Part shown: piece after piece, positions 26,148 to 34,945 of the stretch
Layout of the letters: every line of letters starts with the position of its first letter
Numbering within the stretch: the first letter of the stretch is position 1
From: a virus
Taxonomy: Duplodnaviria > Caudoviricetes
Direction: 5' to 3' (one strand)
DNA length: 35,885 bases
Virus record (IMG/VR): IMGVR_UViG_3300020568_000014
Location: 1 to 35,885 of that record
Notes under the pieces: generated by a model
What the model saw: the letters and a program-made list of their open reading frames with translations, nothing else
What the model was told of the DNA's origin: nothing
Database searches by the model: none
Made by a program: the position numbers and the translations under genes

Positions 26148-26171
26148 GGGGTGGCTGTTTCCAGCCACCCC
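26148..26171 (-). other. 10-bp stem with GAAA loop between MCP and decoration gene
   Basis: GGGGTGGCTG-GAAA-CAGCCACCCC, no U-tract. Confidence 0.6.
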
Positions 26172-26177
26172 CGAGAT

Positions 26178-27509
26178 TCATGAGGCCGAGATCGCGAGCG
26201 GGGCAACGATGCCGTGGCGCTGGCGGGAGTTGCAGAACAGGTTCCACCAGCAGTCCACCACCTGAACATAGGTGAAGGGCTGGTTGGGGTGCTTCATCAC
26301 TTCGTGCTTCGTGAAGAAGCGACGCGAGTGGTAGATCGGGGTCAGGTAGTTGCCATTGACCCAGTAGTAGCGAGCGCCGGGGTCGATCACGGTGCTGTCG
26401 GTCTCCGTAGCGCCAGCGGTGGTGCTGGCAGCGACGATGTTGGTGTCGAAGGCCGTGCGCTGCGTCGTTCCGCTCGACAACTTCGGGAAGATCGCAGCCG
26501 TGTCGAGGTTGGAGCAGTACATCAGTTCGATCCCGCTGAAGGTCGGGTTCGTGTACGCAGCGTCCTGATACGACACCAGCGTGTCGTTCGACGAACGAAG
26601 CGCCTGCTTGTACTGGTTGATGCCGAGCCGCGAGCAGAGGATCATCTGGCGGTTGAGCGTCGGCTTCTCAAAGTACTCCTGCTTCGTGCTGGGCGGGACG
26701 AACTCGCACTTCAGGAACATCTCGTCGAACGCCGTGATCAGGCCACCGATGGTGGCGCTGAAGGTCTGACCGTTGACGCGGCAGTTCTCGATGCCCGTGT
26801 ACTGGGTCATCGCGAGGTTCGGACCAGACGTACCCGGAGTCGGGTCGTAGTACGAAATCTGGTTCGTCCAACGATCCTCGCCAGCGACATCGGAGTTCGT
26901 CGCGTTGTTGGCGAGTTGCATGACCGTAGACCAGCCGAGCGGCAGACCGCCACGAACGCCGAAGGCGTTGTTGAAGTCCGGGGTCTCGTTGATGAAGCAC
27001 GGGAGCGAGTACGGCAACTTGCCGCCAGCGGCCTCCATCTCCGACGAGTTGCCGAACGGAGAGGCCCACAGGTCGTTCTCAAACCCGTTGAGCAGCGAAG
27101 TCCACATCCGCTGCTCCTTCTGGCGCTTGAGGCGCTTGTACTGCGCCTTCACATAGTCGCGGCCCGAGCCTTCGCCCGAGTTCAGTTCGATCTCATGGTC
27201 GGTCCACGCCATGTGATCGAGGCTGAAGCGCCACGGACACTTGATCGTGTCAAGCACCTGATTGTTGCGCCAGTTGAAGGTGTCGTTCGGGAGGTAGTGG
27301 TCGTAGGTCGATGCATCATCGAACATGATGACATCGCGGATCTCGTTGCCGCCCTGAACGGTGGCTTCGCTCGTCTTGTCCTTGAGGAGTCGAGAGAAGG
27401 CGTAGGTGTTCTTGACGGCCTCGTTGATGACTGCATCCGCGCTGGTCAGGTAGGTGGGACCAGTAGCGGCCATGAAGTCATTGAAGGTCTGGATAGGGGT
27501 TCCGGCCAT
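26178..27509 (-). CDS. major capsid protein (HK97 fold, inferred)
   Basis: 443 aa after the scaffold. GGNEI, EIELNSGE, W.NQ, FSGIELMY, C-terminal NLFCNSRQRHGIV; strongly biased codons. Confidence 0.85.
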   Translation of the reverse strand: MAGTPIQTFNDFMAATGPTYLTSADAVINEAVKNTYAFSRLLKDKTSEATVQGGNEIRDVIMFDDASTYDHYLPNDTFNWRNNQVLDTIKCPWRFSLDHMAWTDHEIELNSGEGSGRDYVKAQYKRLKRQKEQRMWTSLLNGFENDLWASPFGNSSEMEAAGGKLPYSLPCFINETPDFNNAFGVRGGLPLGWSTVMQLANNATNSDVAGEDRWTNQISYYDPTPGTSGPNLAMTQYTGIENCRVNGQTFSATIGGLITAFDEMFLKCEFVPPSTKQEYFEKPTLNRQMILCSRLGINQYKQALRSSNDTLVSYQDAAYTNPTFSGIELMYCSNLDTAAIFPKLSSGTTQRTAFDTNIVAASTTAGATETDSTVIDPGARYYWVNGNYLTPIYHSRRFFTKHEVMKHPNQPFTYVQVVDCWWNLFCNSRQRHGIVAPLAISAS

Positions 27510-27516
27510 TGTGCGC

Positions 27517-28425
27517 TCACTTTCTGATCAGCCGCATGGCTTCGTCGCGAGACTTCCCAGACAGCAGGGCATCGAGGATCGCGTCCTCCGCATCGACAGG
27601 GGTGCGGGGGCGTTCCGTCCGCGAAACGGTCTTCGCGGCGGTCGGCTGACCAGCAACCTTCTTTCGATCCGGCTTGGCGACCGACTTCCCTGCAAGGCTG
27701 GCGTAAGCCTCCTCGGCGAGGTGCATGACGGTTCGGTAGGTTCCGGGGTTCGCCGCACCGAGCCGATTCATCTCTGCGACCACCGCCTCGCGGTCGGGGG
27801 CATTTGCCCCGTACTGCGAGCGGAAGTACGCATCCGCCGAATCGACCTGTGCAAGCAACGATTGCTCCGCAGCAGCGGACTGCTGCTTGCGAAGTTCGGC
27901 GAGTTCCGCACGCATCGCCTTGAGCGGCTTTGCGGCATCGTCGCCGAGCAGTTCCTCGATCTCCGCGAACGGGTCTTCCTGCTCGGTCTCCTTCTCCTCT
28001 GCGGCGGGTTCGATGTCAACATCGTCCTCCGAATCGGAATCGGTTTCCGGCGGCTCCTGCTTCGCGCCAGACTTCAACTGCTTCTCAAGATCAGCCATCT
28101 TCTTCCCGTATCCATCGACATCCTTCTGCCGCTTGGATGCCTTGTCGGCCCAAGCGCGAAGGGTGTCCTCGGAAATGGAAGCGATGACCTCTTCCGGCAC
28201 GCCGTCGCGCTTCAGCACGGCTGCGTACCGCTCTCGTTCCGGGCTTGCCGAAACGGTCTTCGGCTCCTCGCGTTCCGGTGCTTCGACGGGTTCGTCGGCA
28301 TCGGCGAAGAGCCTGTCGAGGACATCATCGTCAGCGTCGCGCCGACTCGATGCCGCTACGGGCGTTGCGATATCCTCGGTCGTTTCGACCTCGGTGTCCT
28401 CGTTCTGGATTTCGGGTTCACTCAT
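27517..28425 (-). CDS. scaffolding protein
   Basis: Very acidic, helical/coiled-coil 302-aa protein between portal and MCP. Confidence 0.75.
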   Translation of the reverse strand: MSEPEIQNEDTEVETTEDIATPVAASSRRDADDDVLDRLFADADEPVEAPEREEPKTVSASPERERYAAVLKRDGVPEEVIASISEDTLRAWADKASKRQKDVDGYGKKMADLEKQLKSGAKQEPPETDSDSEDDVDIEPAAEEKETEQEDPFAEIEELLGDDAAKPLKAMRAELAELRKQQSAAAEQSLLAQVDSADAYFRSQYGANAPDREAVVAEMNRLGAANPGTYRTVMHLAEEAYASLAGKSVAKPDRKKVAGQPTAAKTVSRTERPRTPVDAEDAILDALLSGKSRDEAMRLIRK

Positions 28426-28431
28426 GGTGTC

Positions 28432-28728
28432 CTATTCCTTCTCGTACCCGTGCTGTGCCATGACATTGCGCTCATGGCGGCGCGACTCGATGATGGGCTT
28501 CCCATGTGCGGTGGTCTTGCACCCGGCCAAACGGCGCGGGAGCGAACTGCTCACATAGGGGTATTGCGACCTGTTGGTGGCCGGATCGACTTGGAAGTCT
28601 GATACGACGCGGACGAGTCGCCTCCCATCAACCTCGACGGTTGCTCCAATCGGGGGAGCGTCCTTCATCGCGAACACCAGTTCGCAGGACTTTCCCGTGG
28701 ACTCGTCGATGAAAGCGTAACTTGGCAT
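28432..28728 (-). CDS. FmdB-like small protein (zinc-ribbon Cys largely lost)
   Basis: MPSYAFIDESTG..ELVFAMKD...LVRVVS..IESRRHERNVMAQHGY; usual position after the portal. ATG 28728. Confidence 0.6.
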   Translation of the reverse strand: MPSYAFIDESTGKSCELVFAMKDAPPIGATVEVDGRRLVRVVSDFQVDPATNRSQYPYVSSSLPRRLAGCKTTAHGKPIIESRRHERNVMAQHGYEKE

Positions 28729-28730
28729 TG

Positions 28731-30455
28731 TCACTTCGCCTTGTTTCGTGCAAGGATTTGTGCGAGGGGGTTCTCTCCAGCGCCCTGTGGTGATTGCCCT
28801 GCACCTTGCTGCATCTGCATCACACGGGCTTGGTCGATCAGGTCTCCGAGGTTCGGGATGTTCATCGCATCGCCGACCATCGACATCACCTCGCGCCACT
28901 TCACATGGGGGGCCGCGAGGACTTGCTGCGACAGCGTGCCGATGAGTTGCAGCATCTCCAGCGAGCGCTTCTGAAGCACGATGTCGCTGACGCGCTCCAT
29001 GCTCATCGCCTCGATGTCGAGGTCAAGGTCATCGAACGCGCCGACCATCGCGTTGGCGCTGAACATCGGTTCAGGCTCGCCGACAATCGGCACGCCGTCC
29101 TCGCCGAGCGGGAACACCACCTTGCGGTCGTGGAACAGGAACCACGCGACGTTCCGCATGGACTCGTTCACGCACTCCTGAAACTGGCGCTTCAGGTGCG
29201 CCATCCGCATCCCCGATGCGCTTTCCGCAACGCTGACTTCGGTAGCGGTCGGCTGACCCGTGATATTTCCTCGCATCGCGTCGTGGATGCCCGACACCCG
29301 GTCAAGCCTGTCCTGCGCCATCGCCGAGTACTGCACCTGTTGAGGAGTGATCCCGCCGATCTCGATGGGAACCACCTGTGTCGGATCAATGCCATCAGCC
29401 AGCACCACATAGAGATCGTCCTTGTCCCTGATGTCCTGCGCCAACTTCGCGTTCCGGCTGTCCACGGCGATCAGCCGCTTGTACGCGCTCGCGCTGTACC
29501 GCATCGAGCGGAGGTGGTGATTGACATCGTCCATCTGCGGGACGAGCGCCATGATCGGCGACAGCGGGTACGGATCGTCGGGAACCGTGTACACGCCGAA
29601 CACCGTGTACGGACCAGTGCGCGGGCCGTAGTACGGGCGCGGCTTGCGGGCAAACCCGGCATCGGACTTCTTGCCGTCCGCGCTCTGCCCCTTGATCATC
29701 GTGTAGATCGTGCCGCTGAACACCTGTGCGCCAAGCGCCTCGTCGATCTCCTCGATGTCCTCGTCCCGCACTTCCGGCACGAACACCTCGTACACCACAA
29801 GTTCCTGTCGGTCGGGGATCTCGCGCTTGCCCGAGTAGCCCTCGCGCACCTCGTCCACGCCGCTGTTGTCGGCGACGCGGTTGATGATCTCGCTGTCCCA
29901 TCCGTCCTCGCGCTCTGCTTGCTCCAGCAGATCGTCGCGGTCGATCACCCAGCAATGCCCCATGTACCGAGCATCCTCGGTGTTGGTCGCAGCCGGGTCC
30001 ATGAAGAACCGATCCGGGCTGATGCGGTACAGGCGAGGCAGGAACGGCTCGCCGCCGTCGATCTCCCGGTAGCCCTTGCGCGGCTCGTTCACGACCATGC
30101 CGACCCCGTAGGCCAGCAACATATCGGTGGCTATGCGCTCCAGCGTGTTCCGCACCTTCGTCATCTTGCACCAACGGTTGATGCCGACCTGAAGGATCCC
30201 GGCGCTCATCGACTGCGTGACCGGGCGAGCGCTCTTCACGCGGATCTTCGGAGCGTCATGCACGATGCGCGGCAGCAGCAGCGCCACATACTCATGCACG
30301 AAGTTCTCCGGGTCATCCTCATGGGTGTCGATTGCACGGTAGGCAGGACCGTGGAATCGCTCGATCAGCCTTCGCCACTCGGACAGATGCTGGTCGCGGA
30401 AGTCTTCCGCCGCCTCGACCTCGCGCATCAGCGAATGCAGATCAAGTTTGAGCAT
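28731..30455 (-). CDS. portal protein
   Basis: 574 aa between terminase and scaffold. PKIRV, D.LLAYGVG.V, RISPDRFFMDP.A, VSGI.DAMRG...TATEV, Gln-rich tail. Confidence 0.9.
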   Translation of the reverse strand: MLKLDLHSLMREVEAAEDFRDQHLSEWRRLIERFHGPAYRAIDTHEDDPENFVHEYVALLLPRIVHDAPKIRVKSARPVTQSMSAGILQVGINRWCKMTKVRNTLERIATDMLLAYGVGMVVNEPRKGYREIDGGEPFLPRLYRISPDRFFMDPAATNTEDARYMGHCWVIDRDDLLEQAEREDGWDSEIINRVADNSGVDEVREGYSGKREIPDRQELVVYEVFVPEVRDEDIEEIDEALGAQVFSGTIYTMIKGQSADGKKSDAGFARKPRPYYGPRTGPYTVFGVYTVPDDPYPLSPIMALVPQMDDVNHHLRSMRYSASAYKRLIAVDSRNAKLAQDIRDKDDLYVVLADGIDPTQVVPIEIGGITPQQVQYSAMAQDRLDRVSGIHDAMRGNITGQPTATEVSVAESASGMRMAHLKRQFQECVNESMRNVAWFLFHDRKVVFPLGEDGVPIVGEPEPMFSANAMVGAFDDLDLDIEAMSMERVSDIVLQKRSLEMLQLIGTLSQQVLAAPHVKWREVMSMVGDAMNIPNLGDLIDQARVMQMQQGAGQSPQGAGENPLAQILARNKAK

Positions 30456-30458
30456 GGC

Positions 30459-30629
30459 TCAACGCACTCCCTTGCGGTGATAGCCGCCCTTCTTGCCTCC
30501 ACCCATTCCGCCGCCCATGCCGCCGCCCTTGCCGCCGCCAGCGTGACCACCGTCACCGCGACGCGCCATTGCGCCGCCGCCCTTGCGGGAAGACGGGGAT
30601 GGACGAGATGCCTTCTTCTTGCCGTACAT
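30459..30629 (-). CDS. 56-aa Gly/Lys-rich protein (MYGKKKASRP...GGGKGGGMGGGMGGGKKGGYHRKGVR)
   Basis: Own translation. GGAG SD; stop lies 3 nt before the portal ATG. Confidence 0.65.
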   Translation of the reverse strand: MYGKKKASRPSPSSRKGGGAMARRGDGGHAGGGKGGGMGGGMGGGKKGGYHRKGVR

Positions 30630-30822
30630 GACTCTTCTCCTTTGCAGCCTGCTGCTGCTGTGTTGCCTTGTGCGCGACGAGCGAGCGGATCACCTCCGCG
30701 TCCTCGCCACTTGCGTAGTGGCGCTCGTCATCGATGTACACGACGATGGTGTCGCCCCGGTCCTCGCACTTGTCGATGCGCGAGACAGGGATCAGCACGT
30801 TTCCGTTGCAGCGGATCAGCAC
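30553..30822 (-). CDS. small hypothetical protein (MLIRCNGNVLIPVSRIDKCEDRGDTIVVY...)
   Basis: Start re-called at GTG 30822, overlapping the upstream micro-ORF stop. Small beta-rich domain. Confidence 0.55.
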   Translation of the reverse strand: MLIRCNGNVLIPVSRIDKCEDRGDTIVVYIDDERHYASGEDAEVIRSLVAHKATQQQQAAKEKSHVRQEEGISSIPVFPQGRRRNGASR

Positions 30823-30854
30823 TTCTTGCCGCCCTTCTTCTTGCCCTTCTTCAC
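30816..30854 (-). CDS. 12-aa micro-ORF MKKGKKKGGKKC
   Basis: GGAGGT SD 5 nt before GTG; GTGA overlap upstream; stop overlaps the next start. Confidence 0.45.
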   Translation of the reverse strand: MKKGKKKGGKKC

Positions 30855-30985
30855 TTGCGACCTCCCTTCTTCTTCGCACGCGCCGGGAGCGACTTCATGC
30901 GCGGGGTCTCCTTCGCCCAGCGCTTCGCGATCTTCGGATGCTTCGCGAACATGAAGCCTTGCTGCGCCTTCGACTTGAACGGCAT
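30851..30985 (-). CDS. 44-aa basic protein (MPFKSKAQQGFMFAKHPKIAKRWAKETP...)
   Basis: Own translation; TGATG coupling. MPFKSKAQ start is a recurrent small phage protein pattern. Confidence 0.75.
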   Translation of the reverse strand: MPFKSKAQQGFMFAKHPKIAKRWAKETPRMKSLPARAKKKGGRK

Positions 30986-31095
30986 CAGTAGCCCTTGCCC
31001 TTGGTCATCTTCTTGCCGACCTTCTTGGCGAACGCCTTCGCAGCCGCCTTGCCCTTCGTGGTGTACGGGAACGACTTCTTTCCGACCTTCGGCAT
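30985..31095 (-). CDS. 36-aa basic protein (MPKVGKKSFPYTTKGKAAAKAFAKKVGKKMTKGKGY)
   Basis: TGATG coupling at both ends. Confidence 0.75.
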   Translation of the reverse strand: MPKVGKKSFPYTTKGKAAAKAFAKKVGKKMTKGKGY

Positions 31096-31223
31096 CACTT
31101 GCCCTTCCAGCCGCGCTTCATGGCGGCGTAAGACTTCGCGCTGACGGTTGACTTCGACTTGGGGCGCGAGATCCCAAGACGCTTGCGACGGTTGATGTTG
31201 CCGACGAGAGAGTTCTTCGCCAT
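31095..31223 (-). CDS. 42-aa basic protein (MAKNSLVGNINRRKRLGISRPKSKSTVSAKSYAAMKRGWKGK)
   Basis: Own translation; starts 2 nt after the upstream stop and ends in a TGATG overlap. Confidence 0.75.
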   Translation of the reverse strand: MAKNSLVGNINRRKRLGISRPKSKSTVSAKSYAAMKRGWKGK

Positions 31224-31225
31224 GA

Positions 31226-31459
31226 TCAGCAGCCCCAGCGCTTGCGTGCAGCCTTGCCGCGCTCCCCGGTCCACGACCGGGACCGAGCGCAGAACGACTT
31301 GTGGCGCGGGTTGTCCTTGTCCTTCGTCGGGGCTTGCAACTTGCTGCCCGTTGCACGGTTGTACTTCGCCCTGCCCTTCGCAGTCAGCCCAGCGCCCTGC
31401 GAAACAGGCAACTTCTCGCCGCGCCCGACTGCGAGCGACGGTCCACGCTTCCTAGCCAT
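31226..31459 (-). CDS. 77-aa basic protein (DUF6321-like: GLTAKGRAKYN..TGSKL.AP..RHKSFCAR..RWGC)
   Basis: ATG 31459 with GAGGAGGT SD, overlapping the end of terL. Confidence 0.75.
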   Translation of the reverse strand: MARKRGPSLAVGRGEKLPVSQGAGLTAKGRAKYNRATGSKLQAPTKDKDNPRHKSFCARSRSWTGERGKAARKRWGC

Positions 31460-33173
31460 TGCGTACCTCTTCGTGCTTGAGGATCGACCCGAGCGTGTGT
31501 TCACCGAACTCGGGCTTCTCGGGGATCGGCTGCCCCACTTCATCACACAACATGAGCGCACCAGCGAGCGCGATGACGCGGTCGCCGTGCGACTCACGCG
31601 CACCGCTCGCCTCGTCGCGACGCGACCCGGCCTCGATGCTGCCATCGTCCAGCACCACATACTCCAGCATCTCGTCGAGGCACTCCTCGCTGCGGACGAT
31701 GCACTCGCCCTGCGCCATCTGCCGCGACAGGTTGCCGAGCAACGCACGCTTCGCACGCTTGCTGCTCGTCCAGCCGACGCGCATGGTGCGCTGCTCCGTC
31801 GCCGTCCCCTCCTGACGCTGGCGGTAGATGTTGCGCCACCCGGCTCGCTCAAAGTCGTGCTGCATCGACGCGCCGGGACCGTTGGTCTCCCAGCCGATCA
31901 GCGGCTCGCGCCGACCGCGCCACACCTTGCGACAGGCTTGCGCGATCTCCAGCGCGAGGTCGTAGGGCGGGATGTTCGGATCGACGAACTCGGCGACGGT
32001 CTCGCGCTTGTTCGCGTCCATCACGCACGCCGCCGCGTTCGCGCTGCCCGTGCCGTAGGACGGATCAAGGAACACCACATACTCGCACACGCGATCAGGT
32101 GCAGCCCATACGCGCCATCGTCCCTGCGGCTGCGGCTCCAACTTGCCGTTCACGATCTCGCAGCGCTTCGCAGTCTTCGCGTACTCCTCGCGGTGCTGCG
32201 TGACGATGTGCGATGCGAAGAACGACGCGCCGCTGCCGACGCTCTCGGCGAAGACGTTCTGCGCGAGGTCGATGCGATCACGGCGGCGCAACTGGTCCGA
32301 CAGCCACGGTGTCCATGTGTAGGTCGCGCCAGCGAACCCGGTCACGCTGCCGTCCTCGTCCACGCGCTGCACCGCGCCGCGTCCCTTCTCGGGATGCTGC
32401 CAGTACATCAACTCGACAAGCCTCGGCTCGCCTGTGGTGCGTGCCGTGCTGACCAGCCTCGCGTACTCCGTTCCCGCGCCGATGGGCGTGCTGCACGCGA
32501 TGCGGCACGACGAGCAGTCGGCTGCGCTGCGCCATGCAGCGTCGGCGTGGTCGAGCGCGGCGAACTCGTCGAACAGGACGAGCGTGCGGCGACCGCCGCG
32601 CCCGATGTGTTCGGTGCTTGCCTGTCCTGCGATGGTCGCGCCGCTGTCCGGGTGACGCAGCATCATGTGCTGCCGCCACTCGCCGCCCTTGGCGAAGCGC
32701 TCGGGCTTCGCCGGGAGCAGCCACTCGGGCTGACCAGCGACGAGGTAGTCCACCTTCCAGAAGAGCGAGTCGGGGTCGCCCGTCCGGTCAACGAGGTCTT
32801 CGACGCGACTGACGAGCAGCGACTGCCAGCCGTGGAACATCCAGCCCCACACGCTGACGGCGCACAGCAGCCACGACGCTCCCATGTCGCGAGTCTTCCG
32901 CACCACAACATCACGACCATCACGCACAGCAGCGACGATCTCGCTCGCCGCGTCGCGCTGGCAGTCCCACAGGATGAACGGTGTGTGCGGTGTGGTGACC
33001 GGGCGCTCGCGTCCGGTCGCATCGATCTCCTTCACGCGGTACGTCCACGCGCAGCATTCACACCACGCTGCGAAGTCTTCACGCAGCGCTGCACGAAGAT
33101 GCGCTTGCTCTGTCGGGTTCGCACGCAGCACGCGCTCGCGCAGCGCGATGATGCGATCAGTTTCGCTCGACAC
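31452..33173 (-). CDS. terL: terminase large subunit
   Basis: PFILWDCQ adenine-binding motif, Walker A VVRKTRDMGASW, Walker B LVLFDEFA, STP.G, nuclease VFLDPSYGTG and HGDRVIA. Confidence 0.93.
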   Translation of the reverse strand: MSSETDRIIALRERVLRANPTEQAHLRAALREDFAAWCECCAWTYRVKEIDATGRERPVTTPHTPFILWDCQRDAASEIVAAVRDGRDVVVRKTRDMGASWLLCAVSVWGWMFHGWQSLLVSRVEDLVDRTGDPDSLFWKVDYLVAGQPEWLLPAKPERFAKGGEWRQHMMLRHPDSGATIAGQASTEHIGRGGRRTLVLFDEFAALDHADAAWRSAADCSSCRIACSTPIGAGTEYARLVSTARTTGEPRLVELMYWQHPEKGRGAVQRVDEDGSVTGFAGATYTWTPWLSDQLRRRDRIDLAQNVFAESVGSGASFFASHIVTQHREEYAKTAKRCEIVNGKLEPQPQGRWRVWAAPDRVCEYVVFLDPSYGTGSANAAACVMDANKRETVAEFVDPNIPPYDLALEIAQACRKVWRGRREPLIGWETNGPGASMQHDFERAGWRNIYRQRQEGTATEQRTMRVGWTSSKRAKRALLGNLSRQMAQGECIVRSEECLDEMLEYVVLDDGSIEAGSRRDEASGARESHGDRVIALAGALMLCDEVGQPIPEKPEFGEHTLGSILKHEEVRNG

Positions 33174-33627
33174 CGATCCGCGCTCCCCACTCGCGCAGCA
33201 TCCGCGCTCCAGCGCTCGCGTCGCCGTTCTCGATCTTGATCGCGCCGCCGTCCGCGCCCGTGTGTTCGATGGTCGTGCGCTCGCGGTACTTGCGCGGTCG
33301 CAGCGCCTTGAGCCGGAAGATCAGCAGCGTCGCAGCGCTGCGGTCCATCTGCCGCTGCCCGTTGATCGCTTCGTCGGCGATCTTCTCGTAGCGGTCTGCG
33401 ATCTCGACATCGAGCGCTTCCAGCGCTGCGTGGAATTCGGGATCGATGCGCCGCCACGACGAGGGCGTGCTGATCGCGACACCAGCGATGCGGCACGCGC
33501 CGTCCCAGCCGTGATCAGGGAACGCAGCCAGCCACGCCTTCTTTGCGGCTTCGATATCCCCCGCCGCGCTCTTCGGCGGTCTGCCGGGTCCACGCCTCTT
33601 CGGTGCTGGGCTGGGCTGCGGGGTCAT
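33157..33627 (-). CDS. terS: terminase small subunit
   Basis: HTH (ACRIAGVAISTPSSWRRIDPEF), LLIFRLKALRPRKYRER..EHTGADGGAI; immediately upstream of terL. Confidence 0.85.
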   Translation of the reverse strand: MTPQPSPAPKRRGPGRPPKSAAGDIEAAKKAWLAAFPDHGWDGACRIAGVAISTPSSWRRIDPEFHAALEALDVEIADRYEKIADEAINGQRQMDRSAATLLIFRLKALRPRKYRERTTIEHTGADGGAIKIENGDASAGARMLREWGARIGVERN

Positions 33628-33634
33628 GCTGGGC

Positions 33635-33663
33635 TGGTTACCACACGCGGCTGCGAAAGTCAG
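33635..33663 (-). promoter_or_regulatory. candidate leaderless promoter for the terS/late operon
   Basis: CTGACT-N17-TAACCA with TG extension; the -10 ends 7 nt before the ATG and there is no SD. Overlaps palindrome TGGTTACCA. Confidence 0.4.
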
Positions 33664-33686
33664 CGATTCCAGCCTGATTTACCCAC

Positions 33687-33714
33687 TTGCCTGTCCTGCC
33701 CTGTGTGGTACTCT
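33687..33714 (+). promoter_or_regulatory. sigma70-like promoter of the plus-strand early operon
   Basis: TTGCCT-N16-TACTCT with extended -10 TGn, followed by a leader hairpin (33721-33746) and GGAGAGACAC RBS. Confidence 0.6.
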
Positions 33715-33772
33715 TGTGGTGCGTTGTGGGAGTGTTCCCACAGCGCTACGCAACCCGGACGGAGAGACACCG

Positions 33773-34156
33773 ATGACCACCGAGACCGACTACGAGATCC
33801 GCAAGACTGCTCGCTGCAACCGCATCGCACGCGACCCGCTGTGCGCCATCGCGGACTTCGTGCGTTGGCACACCAAGCGCGGCTTCACCTTCACGATCCA
33901 AGACGAGGAGTGCGAGGGCATCTGCACGCCGCGCACGAAGCGCGTGATCGAGATCATCCGCGCCGTCTACGAGATCGAGATCGCGACCTTCAGCATCGTC
34001 GGTCCCGATGGCAAGAGCGACGGGCGATGGGTCACCTTCATGTTCCCGAGCGCCTGCAACTGCTCGCCCGAGGAGTCGGTCTCCGACTTCGGCGTGAACG
34101 CGATCTCTGACGCATGGAGCGAAGACTTCTACAAGCGCTGCGACGCGCACCGCTGA
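33773..34156 (+). CDS. hypothetical early protein (127 aa)
   Basis: ATG 33773 after GGAGAGACAC; strong C/G third-position bias. Confidence 0.75.
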   Translation: MTTETDYEIRKTARCNRIARDPLCAIADFVRWHTKRGFTFTIQDEECEGICTPRTKRVIEIIRAVYEIEIATFSIVGPDGKSDGRWVTFMFPSACNCSPEESVSDFGVNAISDAWSEDFYKRCDAHR

Positions 34157-34192
34157 CCACACACCACACACCACACACCACACACCACCACA
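34157..34192 (+). repeat. (CCACACA)x4 intergenic tandem repeat preceding RBS
   Basis: Read directly: ccacaca x4, then ccaccaca, then aggagacacc. Confidence 0.9.
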
Positions 34193-34205
34193 AGGAGACA
34201 CCACA

Positions 34206-34604
34206 ATGGCACGCAAGCAGACCAAGATCGAGATCGCAGCCGCACACGCACGCGAAGCAGCACGGGCGCTCAATGCAGCGCAGGAAGCCGTCGAGGCGGC
34301 ACGCAAGGTCTACATCCGGGCGAACTCGGAGTGGGTGCGCCTCAACGCGAAGCGCGACCAGCAGCGCAACACCGAGTACCGCGTCACCTTCCTGATCCCG
34401 TCGGGCGACGGTGGCTGGGACACCGACTGCGATCACTACGACACCCTGCGCGAGGCGCGTCCTGTGGCGCAAGCGCGTGCGGCGCAGCGCGGCTGCGCGA
34501 CGATCATCGAGCGCGTCAACCGCCTCGCCGACACCGAGACCGTTGTGGCGACCTACGGCGACCCGGCGGCGCTCGCCGACTACGGCATCGAGGCAACCAC
34601 CTGA
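34206..34604 (+). CDS. hypothetical early protein (132 aa; N-terminal coiled coil)
   Basis: AAGGAGACACC RBS; coding-like bias. Confidence 0.75.
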   Translation: MARKQTKIEIAAAHAREAARALNAAQEAVEAARKVYIRANSEWVRLNAKRDQQRNTEYRVTFLIPSGDGGWDTDCDHYDTLREARPVAQARAAQRGCATIIERVNRLADTETVVATYGDPAALADYGIEATT

Positions 34605-34609
34605 CCCCC

Positions 34610-34645
34610 AGCCCTGCGCCGCCGGAAGGCGACGCACGGGCTTTC
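34610..34645 (+). terminator. imperfect hairpin with GGAA loop and short T-run
   Basis: AGCCC-TGCG-C-CGCC GGAA GGCG-A-CGCA-C-GGGCT TTC, right after the stop codon. Confidence 0.45.
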
Positions 34646-34699
34646 GCTGTCGGCGCGTGCCGCCAGCCGTTCGGAGACACCAGTTTGGGAGACACCACC

Positions 34700-34915
34700 G
34701 TGACCTACTTCATCGAACTGTACGACAGCAACCAGCAGCACATCGGCACGCGCAGCCTTCGCGCCGTGACGGAGGGTGATGCCGCCGACGAAGTCTGCCG
34801 GATCCTCCGCAGCATCAACGAGGAAGCAACCACCGCTCGCCTCTTTGAGCAGCCCCCGCTCGCGAACTACCGCGAGATCGCGGTCTATTCGCTCTTCGCC
34901 AGCCACACCGCCTGA
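34700..34915 (+). CDS. hypothetical early protein (71 aa, MTYFIELYDSNQQHIG...)
   Basis: GTG 34700 after GGGAGACACCACC. Confidence 0.7.
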   Translation: MTYFIELYDSNQQHIGTRSLRAVTEGDAADEVCRILRSINEEATTARLFEQPPLANYREIAVYSLFASHTA

Positions 34916-34945
34916 CCACTCGCACCACACACAGGAGACACCACC

